Source: an uncultured Deinococcaceae bacterium (GTDB lineage Bacteria > Deinococcota > Deinococci > Deinococcales > Deinococcaceae). From it: DNA of 64,000 bases. The DNA lies in contig CAXULY010000020.1 in assembly GCA_964252075.1 (NCBI GenBank), forward strand, positions 1 through 64,000, written 5' to 3'. This document shows positions 32,174 through 41,966 of the stretch, piece by piece (the stretch's first letter is position 1; each line of letters starts with the position of its first letter). A model generated the notes under the pieces. That model searched no databases. It worked only from the letters and a program-made list of their open reading frames with translations, and was not told where the DNA came from. A program made the translations under genes and the position numbers.

Positions 32174-32827
32174 GTGCCGACCCCCGCCCGCATCTTCCTC
32201 CTCATCGGCCTGGCCGCGCTCCTCACCACCCTCCTCTGCAGCGTGACGGTGCACGTGCGGGAATCCCGCCACACGGGCGAGCCCCTCCCACAAAAGACCC
32301 TCGCCGAGATCACCGCTGCCCCCCACCTCATGCCACCGTTCCTGCACGTGCAAGACGCCACCGTGGACTTCTCCAGCACCTGGGTGGACGACCACTTCTG
32401 TTACCGCACCCATTGCATCGACACCTTCAACCCGCTCGTTTCACCGGGCGGATCGGACCGCACCCGCGTGGCGGTGGTGTCCATGATCGAAACGCTGCCC
32501 GGCGACGTGAACGAGAAGCGCCACCCCTTCGACCCCCACGACCCCATCGTCGAAGGGCAGGTGCAGCCGACGGGCCTCTCCGACGATGTGGTGGCGGACA
32601 TGCGCGCGCACGGCATCCTGGCGGACGACCGCACGGTGGTGCTGCAGCGCTTCGCGTATCACGGCCGCATCCCGGGGCCCAACGTCGTGGATGAACTGCT
32701 TCCGTTCCTGCTCGGCCTCCCGATCACCCTCGTCACGGGCCTGATCGGGCTTCGGCTCATGATCATCGCCCGTCAGGCACCGGCCTCACGGCCCAAAAAG
32801 CGCGCCCGGGCTGGCCGACGGTTCTGA
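32174..32827 (+). CDS. Hypothetical membrane-anchored protein
   Basis: N- and C-terminal hydrophobic helices; SD AGGAG; TATCCT upstream. Confidence 0.7.
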   Translation: MPTPARIFLLIGLAALLTTLLCSVTVHVRESRHTGEPLPQKTLAEITAAPHLMPPFLHVQDATVDFSSTWVDDHFCYRTHCIDTFNPLVSPGGSDRTRVAVVSMIETLPGDVNEKRHPFDPHDPIVEGQVQPTGLSDDVVADMRAHGILADDRTVVLQRFAYHGRIPGPNVVDELLPFLLGLPITLVTGLIGLRLMIIARQAPASRPKKRARAGRRF

Positions 32828-32992
32828 GTCACCCGCCGGAACACGCGACACCGTTGCGTCGCGTGCCGCTTTCAGGTGAGCGCACGACGCGTTGGCCTTC
32901 AGGGCGGACGTCACCTGGGTGGGTGTTCGAAGCTCCGACCCGCCCAGCGCGCCGCCTGATTCAGGATGCCCTCGAGGCCGCAGAGGAACGGC

Positions 32993-33356
32993 TCACCGCT
33001 CTGGCCACACAGCATGTGGATAAAGCCGCCCGTAGCACCCCACTGACCGCCACGAGGATGACGCCGTGCTGCGCCACCAGACTGAGCGCCTCCTGACGTG
33101 GAGGCGTTCAGCACGCTCGAAACGCTTCCGGGCAGCGAGCATCCATTCGAACGCCCAGACCTGCTCGCTGGTCCTCACCAAGCCCCCGACATCGGCGCGG
33201 AGCGTCTACTCGAACTCGCGCATCGTATCGCCCAGGGCATCCATCCGGGTTTGCCCGGTGCGGTCCACGTCCAACATTTCCAGCCGCCGCGCGATGTCGG
33301 TCTGCGCCACCTTCCACGCGCTGACCTGCGCGAGCACGCCATCCAGCGTCACCATG
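32993..33356 (-). pseudogene. Small helical hypothetical gene with internal stop
   Basis: GGAGG SD, then MVTLDGVLAQVSAWKVAQ...MREFE*TLRADVGGLVRTSEQVWAFEWMLAARKR. Confidence 0.45.
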
Positions 33357-33656
33357 GTTCACGCGACCTCCCAAGGTGTCAAGCCGCAAGCCCACTGCGC
33401 TCCTGGAGTTCACAGAGGTTGTGATGAGCCTCGTCCATGTCCACGTACCTCACGCCGCACTGGCGTTTTACTCCAGCGCGGCGCACATAGTGGAGGCCAC
33501 CCTGCTTGCGCTCAGGGTCGCCGGACGCCTCCGCCTGTACCTCTGCGCCCCATGATCTGCGGCGCCTCAGGTCGTTTCCTGACGACTTCAGGTTCGCTTC
33601 GAGCCCGAACGCCGTCTCGTACACCTAGGCGGGCATCGGGAACTCACTTCCAAGCC

Positions 33657-33997
33657 TCATGGCGTGCGCCGTCGGGCCGCACCATCCTGTGTGCCTGATG
33701 GCAGCGCCACGGGTAGGAGGACTTCGAGCACCTCCGTCAGGCACGCGCGCAGGATCAGCAGACGTGGCACCTGCGCGGACAGCAGTGCCACGTCGGGGAC
33801 GGTTTGCAGGACCAGTTCCAGGTCGCCCAGCAGCACGTCGCCCTCGTCGAGCACCTGCTGCACACCGGCTCGAAGGCGCGCCGCTCCTGAGGGGTCGGGT
33901 AGGTGGGGCGGCGCCGATCCCGCCAGGCGTCAAGGACCGCCGCCCATTCGGTGTGGGCGCCCTCCACAGCCAACTTCAGCGTGCTCAACGTCACCAT
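33657..33997 (-). pseudogene. Small helical hypothetical gene, frameshifted
   Basis: MVTLSTLKLAVEGAHTEW... continues in another frame as QQVLDEGDVLLGDLELVLQ. Confidence 0.4.
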
Positions 33998-34073
33998 GGA
34001 GCGATGCGTACACCGGCCGGAGCATCCCGCGCCTGTTCGATTCGTTCACGCCAGATCAACACCCGACGGTCTG

Positions 34074-34406
34074 TCAAGCCGGCTGGTCCATCGCGCGCTG
34101 GAGTTCCGCCAGCGCCAGGTCGAGTTGCGCGCGCGCCACCATCAACCTCCGTCGGTGCCGTTCCACGTCCTTGGCCGTGAGCACCTCACCGGAGCCCACG
34201 GGCGTGAGGGCGCCATCGGCCTCATCCACAGCCGACTGGCCGCTCGCCACAGCGCGGCGCACTCCGAGCATGCGGTGTCCGATCGTCAGCTGAGCGGAGG
34301 TCCAGCTGAACTCCCGCAGGAGGTACGTCGTATTCATGTGGTCCGCCGCATTCAGGGCTTCCCTCAACGACTCGCATTCGGACCGCAGCGCATCGACGGC
34401 ACTCAC
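34074..34406 (-). CDS. Hypothetical helical protein
   Basis: 110-aa reading from GTG 34406 with TACGGT-N6 leaderless signature; amphipathic helical composition. Confidence 0.6.
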   Translation of the reverse strand: MSAVDALRSECESLREALNAADHMNTTYLLREFSWTSAQLTIGHRMLGVRRAVASGQSAVDEADGALTPVGSGEVLTAKDVERHRRRLMVARAQLDLALAELQRAMDQPA

Positions 34407-34775
34407 CCACCCACCGTACCGCGCGCCCGTCAGCAACGGCCACCCCGAAACCGACCACTTCTTCCTCGAGCGCAGGGGCCGCACGCGCCTCGAGCTCACC
34501 GGCTGGGACGGTCGGCCACCCGCCTGCTCCGTCGTTGCTCACGGCCTGTTTCGGCGCGCACCGCCGCCCACCTCACGAGAAGGGCAGTGACCTGCCGGAT
34601 ACCGCCCACATGCGTGGGTTTGCCCGCATGACGTTGAAGTCCGACGCAGACGAGGAAGGGCCGGTCGCCGCCCTGCTATACAACGACAGAAAAGCTGGCT
34701 CAGCACCCTGGGGCGCACGGCGGCCGACCTGAAGTGGGCACACGGAGCACGCATTCCGAACCACGCGCCGCGCGA

Positions 34776-36122
34776 TCAGGCGCCGAAGTCCATCTGGGCT
34801 GGGCTGCTGGACGCCCAGACCGGGTTGGTCAACGCCCACAGCCTACCGTCGGGACACCGGATTTCCACATTGAGCCATCCCCCTACCGTCAGGGAGGCAG
34901 TGTGCTGACCCGCCGCAGGGATGCCGTGCCCGTGGCGCACACCGTCCACGATGACGTGAAGGCTGCACCCGTCGGGCAGGCGGCTCCACCGCACGGTCAG
35001 CGTCCACCGACCACCCAGTTGGACGCTTCCGAGCGCCGCAGGACCCGCCGGGGTGTGGACGGTCAGGTCCAGGCTGGCCGCCGACGCCAGGTAGGTGTTT
35101 CCAGCCCGCAGTTGGGCGAGCAGGGTGGTGGGGTCGGGTGTGGTGGGCGTACAGGTGAAGCCGTGGCCCGGCGCATATTCTGGGCCGTGCGCGTCGGTGC
35201 CTGCCGTGGCGATCACCCGGCGGCCCTGCGCGAGCAGGTCGTACCAGTAGGCCAGCGCCTGGACGTTGTGCGGCTGGTTCCACACGCCGTTCCAGACTTC
35301 CAGGTGACTGGCCTGGGCAGGCCGCAGGTCGAAGTAGGTCCAGGCGCAGCCGGTGCACACCGGGTCGCCCGCCGCGAAGGGGTGCGCGATGGTGAAGAGG
35401 CCGCCCTGATCCGTGACCTGCGCCGCCCGCTCATGCGCGCCGCGCAGCGGGTCGAGGCCGGTCCAGTCCTGGTACTCCGGCACGCCCAGCACCGTCGCGT
35501 GCCCGTAGAAGGTGGTGAGTTCCAGACCCGGGAGGTGCAGCAGGTGCGGCGCCAGCCGGGCCAGCTCGGCACGCCCGCTGGTCGTGTTGTGGTCGGTCAA
35601 GGCCAGGAAGCGCAGACCGCGCGCGGTGGCCGCCTCCGCCAGCTCGCGCACCGTCCAGCGGGCGTCAGAGTGGGTGCTGTGGCAGTGCAGGTCGCCCAGC
35701 ATCCAGGGACCGGACGGGGCCGGAGACGGAGGCACGATGGGCTCAGCCCTGGGCGCTTCCGGCAGGCCTTCCAGCGCTTCCACGACCACCTGCACCTCGG
35801 TGACGTCCGCGACCATGTGGGTGTGGACCACCACCGTCCACCCGCCCGGCGCAGGCGCGCCCGGCAGGAAGCCCGGTGTGGCCCAGGCCGCGCCGATCAG
35901 CGCCTCGTGGCGCGTCCCGTGGCGGTGTCCGGCCCCCGCGAAGCCCTGCGGCCCGAACACGCTGAAGTTGATCATGCTGCGAACCTCGCCCGCGCCCCAC
36001 GGTCTGAAGGTGAGGGTCACGCGCAGGGCGCCCACCCCCTCCGGCACGGTGAAGGGCAGGCGCAGGTGCCGTTTGAAGTCGTTCAGGCCCAGGGGAAGGC
36101 GCGCGCGCAGCAGCTCGGTCAT
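34776..36122 (-). CDS. CehA/McbA-family PHP metallohydrolase
   Basis: GDLHCHSTHSDA, LALTDHNT, GLELTTFYGHA, IAHPF, AGTDAH. Confidence 0.9.
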   Translation of the reverse strand: MTELLRARLPLGLNDFKRHLRLPFTVPEGVGALRVTLTFRPWGAGEVRSMINFSVFGPQGFAGAGHRHGTRHEALIGAAWATPGFLPGAPAPGGWTVVVHTHMVADVTEVQVVVEALEGLPEAPRAEPIVPPSPAPSGPWMLGDLHCHSTHSDARWTVRELAEAATARGLRFLALTDHNTTSGRAELARLAPHLLHLPGLELTTFYGHATVLGVPEYQDWTGLDPLRGAHERAAQVTDQGGLFTIAHPFAAGDPVCTGCAWTYFDLRPAQASHLEVWNGVWNQPHNVQALAYWYDLLAQGRRVIATAGTDAHGPEYAPGHGFTCTPTTPDPTTLLAQLRAGNTYLASAASLDLTVHTPAGPAALGSVQLGGRWTLTVRWSRLPDGCSLHVIVDGVRHGHGIPAAGQHTASLTVGGWLNVEIRCPDGRLWALTNPVWASSSPAQMDFGA

Positions 36123-36231
36123 GCGGCTCAGTCTGCGTGCGGCGTGTCACGCACGTGTGCCCGCCGCTGCTGACCGTGACCTGACCACCCGCGAACACCG
36201 GGCAGACGAAGCGGGCCTACCTTGACCGCGT

Positions 36232-37350
36232 ATGAAGACACTCCTGCTGATCACCGCCCTGCTGTCCGGGACCGCGCTGCTGGCGTCCGCCCAGAACCAG
36301 CCGGTCACGCTGAACATCTACTCGGGTGGCGACGTGAACGTGAAGGACCTGTGGGAGCAGAACCTGATCCCCATGTACCAGAAGGCGCACCCGAACGTCC
36401 GCCTGAACCTGGTGTTCTCCCCGCACGGCGCGGGCGACCAGGCCACCCTGGACCGCATGGCCGCCGCCGTGAAGGCCGGGAAGTCCAGCGGCGTGGACAT
36501 CATGGAGGGCCCCGTGGACACCGCGGGCGACGCGGGCCTCATGGAGCCCCTCGACGCCAAAAAGGTCCCGATGCTTGCGCGCGTCGAGCAGAACGTCATC
36601 AAGCGCGCGCACGGCTACGGCGTGCCCTACCGCGGCTCCAGCGTGGTCCTCGCGTACGACAGCAGCAAGGTCAAGAACCCCCCGCGCACCCTCAGCGCGC
36701 TCCTCGACTGGGTGAACAAGAACCCCGGGCAGTTCACGTACAACACCCCGGACACCGGCGGCAGCGGCAACGCCTTCGTGACGCGCATGCTCCGCACCGG
36801 CATCAACCAGGCGGACGCCGATTTCTTCGAGACGGACTACGACGCCGCGAAGGAAAAGCAGTGGGACAAGGGCCTCGCCGCCCTCAAGGCCCTGGCGCCG
36901 AAGCTGTACGGGAGCGGCCAGTACTCCAAGAACAACGTCGAGACCCTGCTGCTGCTCGGCAAGGGCGCCATCACCATGGGGCCCGTGTGGTCTGACCAGG
37001 GCCTCAGCTACCTGAAGCAGGGCCTGCTGCCCAACAACATCAAACTCACGCAGATTGACCCCCCGCTGTACGGTGGCGCGGCGTACGTGGGCGTCGCGAA
37101 GGACAGCGCGAACAAGCCCGCCGCGTACGCCCTTCTGAACTGGATGCTCTCCCCGGACGTGCAGGCCGTCATCGTGGACAAGATGAACGGCTACCCCGGC
37201 GTGAAGCTGCAGTTCATGCCCAAGGACGTGCAGGGCAAGTTCGGGGACATCGCGAAGAACTTCAGCTTCGGCTTTTCGAGCAAGTTCGGCAGCGACATGA
37301 ACCGCGTGTGGTACGAGCGCGTCGCGGGCACCCCGCAGCCCAAGCCGTAA
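36232..37350 (+). CDS. ABC transporter extracellular solute-binding protein
   Basis: Signal peptide; PYRGSSVVLAYD; NPGQFTYNTPDTGGSGNAFV; heads the ABC operon. Confidence 0.92.
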   Translation: MKTLLLITALLSGTALLASAQNQPVTLNIYSGGDVNVKDLWEQNLIPMYQKAHPNVRLNLVFSPHGAGDQATLDRMAAAVKAGKSSGVDIMEGPVDTAGDAGLMEPLDAKKVPMLARVEQNVIKRAHGYGVPYRGSSVVLAYDSSKVKNPPRTLSALLDWVNKNPGQFTYNTPDTGGSGNAFVTRMLRTGINQADADFFETDYDAAKEKQWDKGLAALKALAPKLYGSGQYSKNNVETLLLLGKGAITMGPVWSDQGLSYLKQGLLPNNIKLTQIDPPLYGGAAYVGVAKDSANKPAAYALLNWMLSPDVQAVIVDKMNGYPGVKLQFMPKDVQGKFGDIAKNFSFGFSSKFGSDMNRVWYERVAGTPQPKP

Positions 37351-37366
37351 GGCCCAACCACCGCAC

Positions 37367-37394
37367 GGGTGCCCCCAGCAAGGCGGGGGCACCC
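37367..37394 (+). other. Intercistronic hairpin after the SBP gene
   Basis: gggtgccccc-N8-gggggcaccc perfect 10-bp stem; no U-tract. Confidence 0.6.
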
Positions 37395-37432
37395 AAAGGC
37401 TTTGTCGAAGGACCCGTCGGAGGACCCCGCCC

Positions 37433-38347
37433 GTGACCCACACCCTGCCCGCCCCGCGCGCCCGCCGCCGCGTGAACCCCCAGGCGCTCTGGGGGCTGCT
37501 GTTCATGCTGCCCCCCATGCTGGTGCTGGTCTTTCTGGTGCTGCTGCCCGCCCTGGAGGCGCTGCGCTTCTCGCTGGGCCTCGTGCCGCAGGGGAACGTC
37601 TCGTACGCCAGCGGCCTGAACCTCGTCAGCACGCAGACGCCCACCCTGAAGGTTTTCGAGAACGTGTTCGCCAGCGACGCGTTCAAGCAGAACATGCGCC
37701 TCACGTTGTTCGTGACCTTCGCGTCGGTGCTGCTGCTGACCGCCATCGCCTACGCCCTCGCGCTGTACGCGCGCTTCGGGCGGGGGCGCCTGAGGAACAT
37801 CGTCCGCACCCTGTACCTGCTCCCCATGTTCGTGCCGGGCATCATCGCGGTGTACGCCCTCATCACCTTCTACGGCGACAACGGCCTGCTCGAAGCGATG
37901 CTCAGCGTGCTGCACATCCCCTACACTTCCCCCATCCGCCACGAGTGGGGCATCGTCCTCGGGCAGGTCTGGACGGGCATCCCCTTCGCGGTCCTGATGC
38001 TCTCCAGCGGCCTCGACGGCGTCTCCGAGGAGCAGGTGGAGGCCGCGCGCGACGCCGGCGCGACCTTCTGGACGCTCCTCGTGCGCGTCGTGCTGCCCCT
38101 CAACCTCGTGCCGCTGCTGATCGTCCTGACCTTCACCTTCATCGGCGTGTTCGGCAGCTTCACCGTCCCGTACCTGCTCGGCCCCGCCGCGCCGCAGATG
38201 CTCGGCGTGAGCATGCAGATGAACTTCGGCGCCTTCCGCCAGCCGCAGGTCGCCGTCGCGCTCGCCGTGTTCAGCTTCGCGGTGTGCGCCGTCGTCGGGT
38301 ACCTGTACGTGCTCGCCACCACCCGCCAGAACCGGGGGCGCGCATGA
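37433..38347 (+). CDS. ABC transporter permease
   Basis: Multiple TM segments; EAA loop EAARDAGATFW. Confidence 0.92.
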   Translation: MTHTLPAPRARRRVNPQALWGLLFMLPPMLVLVFLVLLPALEALRFSLGLVPQGNVSYASGLNLVSTQTPTLKVFENVFASDAFKQNMRLTLFVTFASVLLLTAIAYALALYARFGRGRLRNIVRTLYLLPMFVPGIIAVYALITFYGDNGLLEAMLSVLHIPYTSPIRHEWGIVLGQVWTGIPFAVLMLSSGLDGVSEEQVEAARDAGATFWTLLVRVVLPLNLVPLLIVLTFTFIGVFGSFTVPYLLGPAAPQMLGVSMQMNFGAFRQPQVAVALAVFSFAVCAVVGYLYVLATTRQNRGRA

Positions 38348-38482
38348 GACGGCTGACCTCTGTTCCGGGACCGAAGGGAACGACGCCCTTCCGTCCCTCC
38401 ACGCCTGTCAGCCGTCCATCTCTCCCACTCGCTCCGCTCGAACGGAGCCCGGAACCCCACCGGACTCCGTCGGAGGTTCTGT
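38345..38482. repeat. Deinococcus SRE/SNR-like small non-coding repeat
   Basis: Nested hairpins (gacggctgac 38348 / gtcagccgtc 38406; inner gaaggg/cccttc), core ctccacg...ctcccactcgctccgctcg, second hairpin acggag..ctccgt; sits between two permease genes. Confidence 0.6.
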
Positions 38483-39311
38483 GAGCCTCACCTGGTTCTG
38501 GCAGTCCAAGCCGCTGCGCGGCGCGGTCACGCTGGTCGCCGTGATCGCCTTCGGGGCCTTCCTGCTGCTGCCCCTGTGGACACTGCTGCTGTGGGCGGTC
38601 GCCACCCGCTGGAACTTCCCGGGCCTCGTGCCGCAGCAGTTCGGGCTGCGCTGGTGGGGCTGGGTGTTCCAGAACGCCGACGTGGGCAAGTCCGCCTTCT
38701 GGAGCCTCACCACGGCGCCCACCGTCACGCTCCTCGCGGCGTGCGTGTGCCTGCCCGCCGCGTACGCCTTCGCGCGCTTCGACTTCCCCCTCAAGCGCCT
38801 CTTGTACGTGTCGCTGCTCGCGTCGAACGCCTTCCCGAAGATCGGGCTGTACATCGCCATCGCGGCCTTCTTCTTCCAGTTTGGGCTGATCGGCACCTTC
38901 TGGGGCGTGGTGCTGGTGCAGCTGATCGGGACGCTCGTGAACATGACCTGGATTCCCGCGGCGGCCTTCGGGGCGGTGCCGCGCGAGCTGGAGGAAGCGG
39001 CGCGCGACGCGGGCGCCAGCCCCCTGCGCGTGTTCTTCACGGTGACCTTGCCCATCGCCATGCCGGGCATCATCGTGGCGCTCATCCTGACCTTCCTGGG
39101 GTCGCTGGACGAGTCGCAGGCGACCTTGGTGGTGGGCGCGCCGACCATCACGACGCTGCCCGTCCTGATGTACACGCTGGTGGACAGCTACCCGGAGCCG
39201 TTGGGCGCGGTGTTCAGCGTGCTGCTCGCCACGCCGTCCGTGCTGCTGCTCATTCTGGCGCGCCGTTACCTGCTCGCGGGCTACCTCGCTGCAGGCTTCA
39301 AGGGAGGCTGA
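38481..39311 (+). CDS. ABC transporter permease
   Basis: PAAYAFARFDF; EEAARDAGASP EAA loop. Confidence 0.92.
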   Translation: MSLTWFWQSKPLRGAVTLVAVIAFGAFLLLPLWTLLLWAVATRWNFPGLVPQQFGLRWWGWVFQNADVGKSAFWSLTTAPTVTLLAACVCLPAAYAFARFDFPLKRLLYVSLLASNAFPKIGLYIAIAAFFFQFGLIGTFWGVVLVQLIGTLVNMTWIPAAAFGAVPRELEEAARDAGASPLRVFFTVTLPIAMPGIIVALILTFLGSLDESQATLVVGAPTITTLPVLMYTLVDSYPEPLGAVFSVLLATPSVLLLILARRYLLAGYLAAGFKGG

Positions 39312-39316
39312 ACCCT

Positions 39317-40372
39317 ATGGCCGAGATCCACTTCGATCGAGTGTCCAAGATCTACGCGGGCCGACCCGCCGTGAACGACTTGCAACTGCGCGTGGCGAGC
39401 GGTGAGCTGGTGTGCCTGCTCGGCCCGTCCGGTTGCGGCAAGACCACCTCGCTGCGCATGCTGGCGGGCTTCCTCACGCCGGACGCGGGCGACATCACCC
39501 TGAGCGGCAAGAGCCTCCTCAGGCTCGGGCCTGAAGCGCGCCCCACCGCGATGGTCTTCCAGCGCTACACGCTGTGGCCGCACATGAACGTGTTCCACAA
39601 CGTCGCCTTCGGGCTGAAGCTGCGCCGCGTGCCCGCCGCCGACATCCAGCGCCGCGTGGGCCGCGCGCTGGAACTCGTGGGCCTGCCCGGCATGGAGCGC
39701 CGCGCGCCCGCGCAGCTCTCCGGCGGGCAGCAGCAGCGCGTCGCGCTCGCCCGCGCGCTCGTGCTGGAACCCCAGGTGCTGCTCCTCGACGAGCCCCTCA
39801 GCAGCCTCGACGCGAAACTGCGCGTGGCCCTGCGCACGGAAATCCGCAGCATCCAGCGGGAACTCGGCATCACCACGGTGTTCGTCACGCACGACCAGGA
39901 GGAAGCGATGGCCGTCGCGGACCGCATCGCCGTGATGTTCGGCGGTGTGCTGCACCAGGCGGACGCGCCCGGCACCCTGTACGGGCGGCCCGCCACGCGG
40001 CAGGTCGCGGACTTCATCGGCGCGATGAACTTCCTGCCCGCCACCGCGACTGGCAGCCGCGTGACCGCCGGGCCGCTCGCCTTCGAACTGGCGGGCGAAC
40101 CCATCGGCCGTGACCTGGAGGTCGCCGTGCGCCCCGAGGACCTCGTGCTGGGCGAGGAGGGCGCGCCCGCCGAGGTGCTGGGCGAATCCGACCTCGGGCA
40201 TTACCGCGAGGTGCGCGTGCGCGCCGCGGGCCTGGAAGCGCCCCTCACCGCCTTCGTGCCGCGCGGCGAGGGCCTGTGGGGCGGCGCCATACGCGTGCGC
40301 CGCGCCCTCGCGTACGCGGGCGGGCAGCTGGTGGGCGAGGTCGTGCCCGTGCCCGCCGAGGTGCGAAGGTGA
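39317..40372 (+). CDS. ABC transporter ATP-binding protein (PotA/MalK-like)
   Basis: GPSGCGKT, LSGGQQQR, LLLDEP, VTHDQEEA. Confidence 0.95.
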   Translation: MAEIHFDRVSKIYAGRPAVNDLQLRVASGELVCLLGPSGCGKTTSLRMLAGFLTPDAGDITLSGKSLLRLGPEARPTAMVFQRYTLWPHMNVFHNVAFGLKLRRVPAADIQRRVGRALELVGLPGMERRAPAQLSGGQQQRVALARALVLEPQVLLLDEPLSSLDAKLRVALRTEIRSIQRELGITTVFVTHDQEEAMAVADRIAVMFGGVLHQADAPGTLYGRPATRQVADFIGAMNFLPATATGSRVTAGPLAFELAGEPIGRDLEVAVRPEDLVLGEEGAPAEVLGESDLGHYREVRVRAAGLEAPLTAFVPRGEGLWGGAIRVRRALAYAGGQLVGEVVPVPAEVRR

Positions 40373-41106
40373 GTGCCCGCGCGCCGTACCTCCTCGACCG
40401 CCACGCGGGCGGCGTGCTGCGCACCGCGCACCGCGGCGCGCCCCGCCTCGCGCCAGACAACACCTTGGAAGCTATTCAGGCTGCCGCGAGCTTCCCGGTG
40501 GACTTCATCGAGGTGGACGTGCACCGCACGCGCGACGGGCAACTGCTCCTCTGGCACGATGCGCACCTCGTCACGCCCGAAGGCGCGCACGAGATCGCCG
40601 CGCTCACCGTGGCGGAGGCCCGCGCGCTCGGCCTGCCGGACGGCACCCTCGCCACCCTCCCCGAAGCCATCGAGGTCGCGCGCGGCCGGACGGGCCTCAT
40701 GATCGACCTGAAGGCCCCGGACCTGCACGAGCCCATCATCGCCGCCCTGAAGGGCGCGAACTACTTCGATGCCCTGGTCTGTGGTGACTACGACGACACC
40801 CTCGCTCGCGTGAAGGCCGCCCTGCTGGACGTGGCCGCCTCCCGCACACCGGACGCCGCGTACCACCGCGACCTCCCCGCGCGCCTCGCCGCCCAGCCGC
40901 ACCTCGACGCGCTCACCGTGTACTGGCGCACCGTCGGGTCAGACCTCATGGCCGCCGCGCGGGCCGCCGGCGTGCTGGTCCTCGCCTGGACGGTGGACCA
41001 CCGCCACATCGCGGATCATGTCCTCAGTGCGGGCGCGCACGGCATCACCAGCAACGATGTCGGGCTGCTGGCCGGACTGCGGGACTCGGCCCCGGTGGCC
41101 GAGTGA
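40369..41106 (+). CDS. Glycerophosphodiester phosphodiesterase
   Basis: AHRGAP...PDNTL, IEVDVHRTRDG..LWHD, AWTVD, GITSND; GTGA overlap with the ATPase gene. Confidence 0.9.
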   Translation: MSARAPYLLDRHAGGVLRTAHRGAPRLAPDNTLEAIQAAASFPVDFIEVDVHRTRDGQLLLWHDAHLVTPEGAHEIAALTVAEARALGLPDGTLATLPEAIEVARGRTGLMIDLKAPDLHEPIIAALKGANYFDALVCGDYDDTLARVKAALLDVAASRTPDAAYHRDLPARLAAQPHLDALTVYWRTVGSDLMAAARAAGVLVLAWTVDHRHIADHVLSAGAHGITSNDVGLLAGLRDSAPVAE

Positions 41107-41287
41107 TCTGGACGCCCGCGCCCGGTTCGGCCGCTCACCTGACCAGGCCGTCACCGACGCGGCGCACACGGGACGACGGTGCTGACCGCCAACCTGCCCG
41201 GCAACGAGGCCGAGGGCAGCGAGGTCAGGGACCGGGCGCAGGTGCGGACGCCGCACATCGCCGGCCTGCTGAGCGCCTGGGGAGGGC

Positions 41288-41560
41288 ATGACCCGCTCCC
41301 GACCCGTGCGGCTGGCGCACCTGATCGACCTGCACCTGTGGCCGGATGGTGGCCAAGCCGCGCAGCAGACCGCGCGGGCCCTGGAACACGCCCAGGCCAG
41401 CGGAGCCGAGCTCCTGCTGATGGGCGGTGACCTGGTGATGGACGCCCTGACCCGCACCGCCAGGGAGGTGGAGGCGCAGTGGGCGGTGGTCCAGGCGGTG
41501 CTGCGCAAGCACGTCCGGGTGCCGGTGCACCACGCGCATGCAGCCCGGGAACTGATGGCC
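41288..41560 (+). pseudogene. Calcineurin-like metallophosphoesterase, N-terminal fragment
   Basis: RLAHLIDLH (DxH) and LMGGDLVMD (GD) motifs; sequence breaks off before GNHD. Confidence 0.7.
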
Positions 41561-41644
41561 GACCCTGAAAAAAGCGCGAGCACAGCGTGCCATGGGTGGT
41601 TCATCAGGGCGGAGTGGAAAGGATGGGGGACGGCAGGGCCGATG

Positions 41645-41686
41645 TGTCATCAGGCGGTCATCGGTTCGAATCCAATTTCTGGCTCA
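41645..41686 (+). pseudogene. 3' half of a tRNA (Thr-like); att-site remnant
   Basis: tgt ca tcagg cggtc atcgg-TTCGAAT-ccaat ttctggc t ca parses as anticodon, anticodon-stem 3' strand, variable loop, T-arm, acceptor 3' strand, discriminator and (C)CA. No 5' half upstream. Confidence 0.65.
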
Positions 41687-41687
41687 G

Positions 41688-41720
41688 ATCAAGCCCGCTC
41701 CAGGCAGGCTTGATTCTTTT
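41688..41720 (+). terminator. Rho-independent terminator after the tRNA fragment
   Basis: atcaagcc...ggcttgat stem followed by tctttt. Confidence 0.65.
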
Positions 41721-41925
41721 CCCCCCAGACAGGCTGAGCGCCCTGACGGCCCATGCGACCGCGAGGCGCGCTCGGAACGCCCCGATTCCAGGTCAGTCGG
41801 TCGGATGGTGCCACCGGTGAAGCGCCAGGGCTGGTGTCCCCCCGCCCCCGGCCAGCGTGAGCTGTTCCCGTCTGTCGTCCTGGCCACGTCCACGCCAATC
41901 GCACGGGCGGCACGACCGGTTGGAC

Positions 41926-41966
41926 TTGACAGCGGATCACGAAACATTTAACGTTCTAGTTAAATG
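41926..41966 (+). promoter_or_regulatory. Promoter and ArsR operator
   Basis: TTGACA-N17-TAACGT; palindrome CATTTAAC-N6-GTTAAATG overlapping the start codon. Confidence 0.8.
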
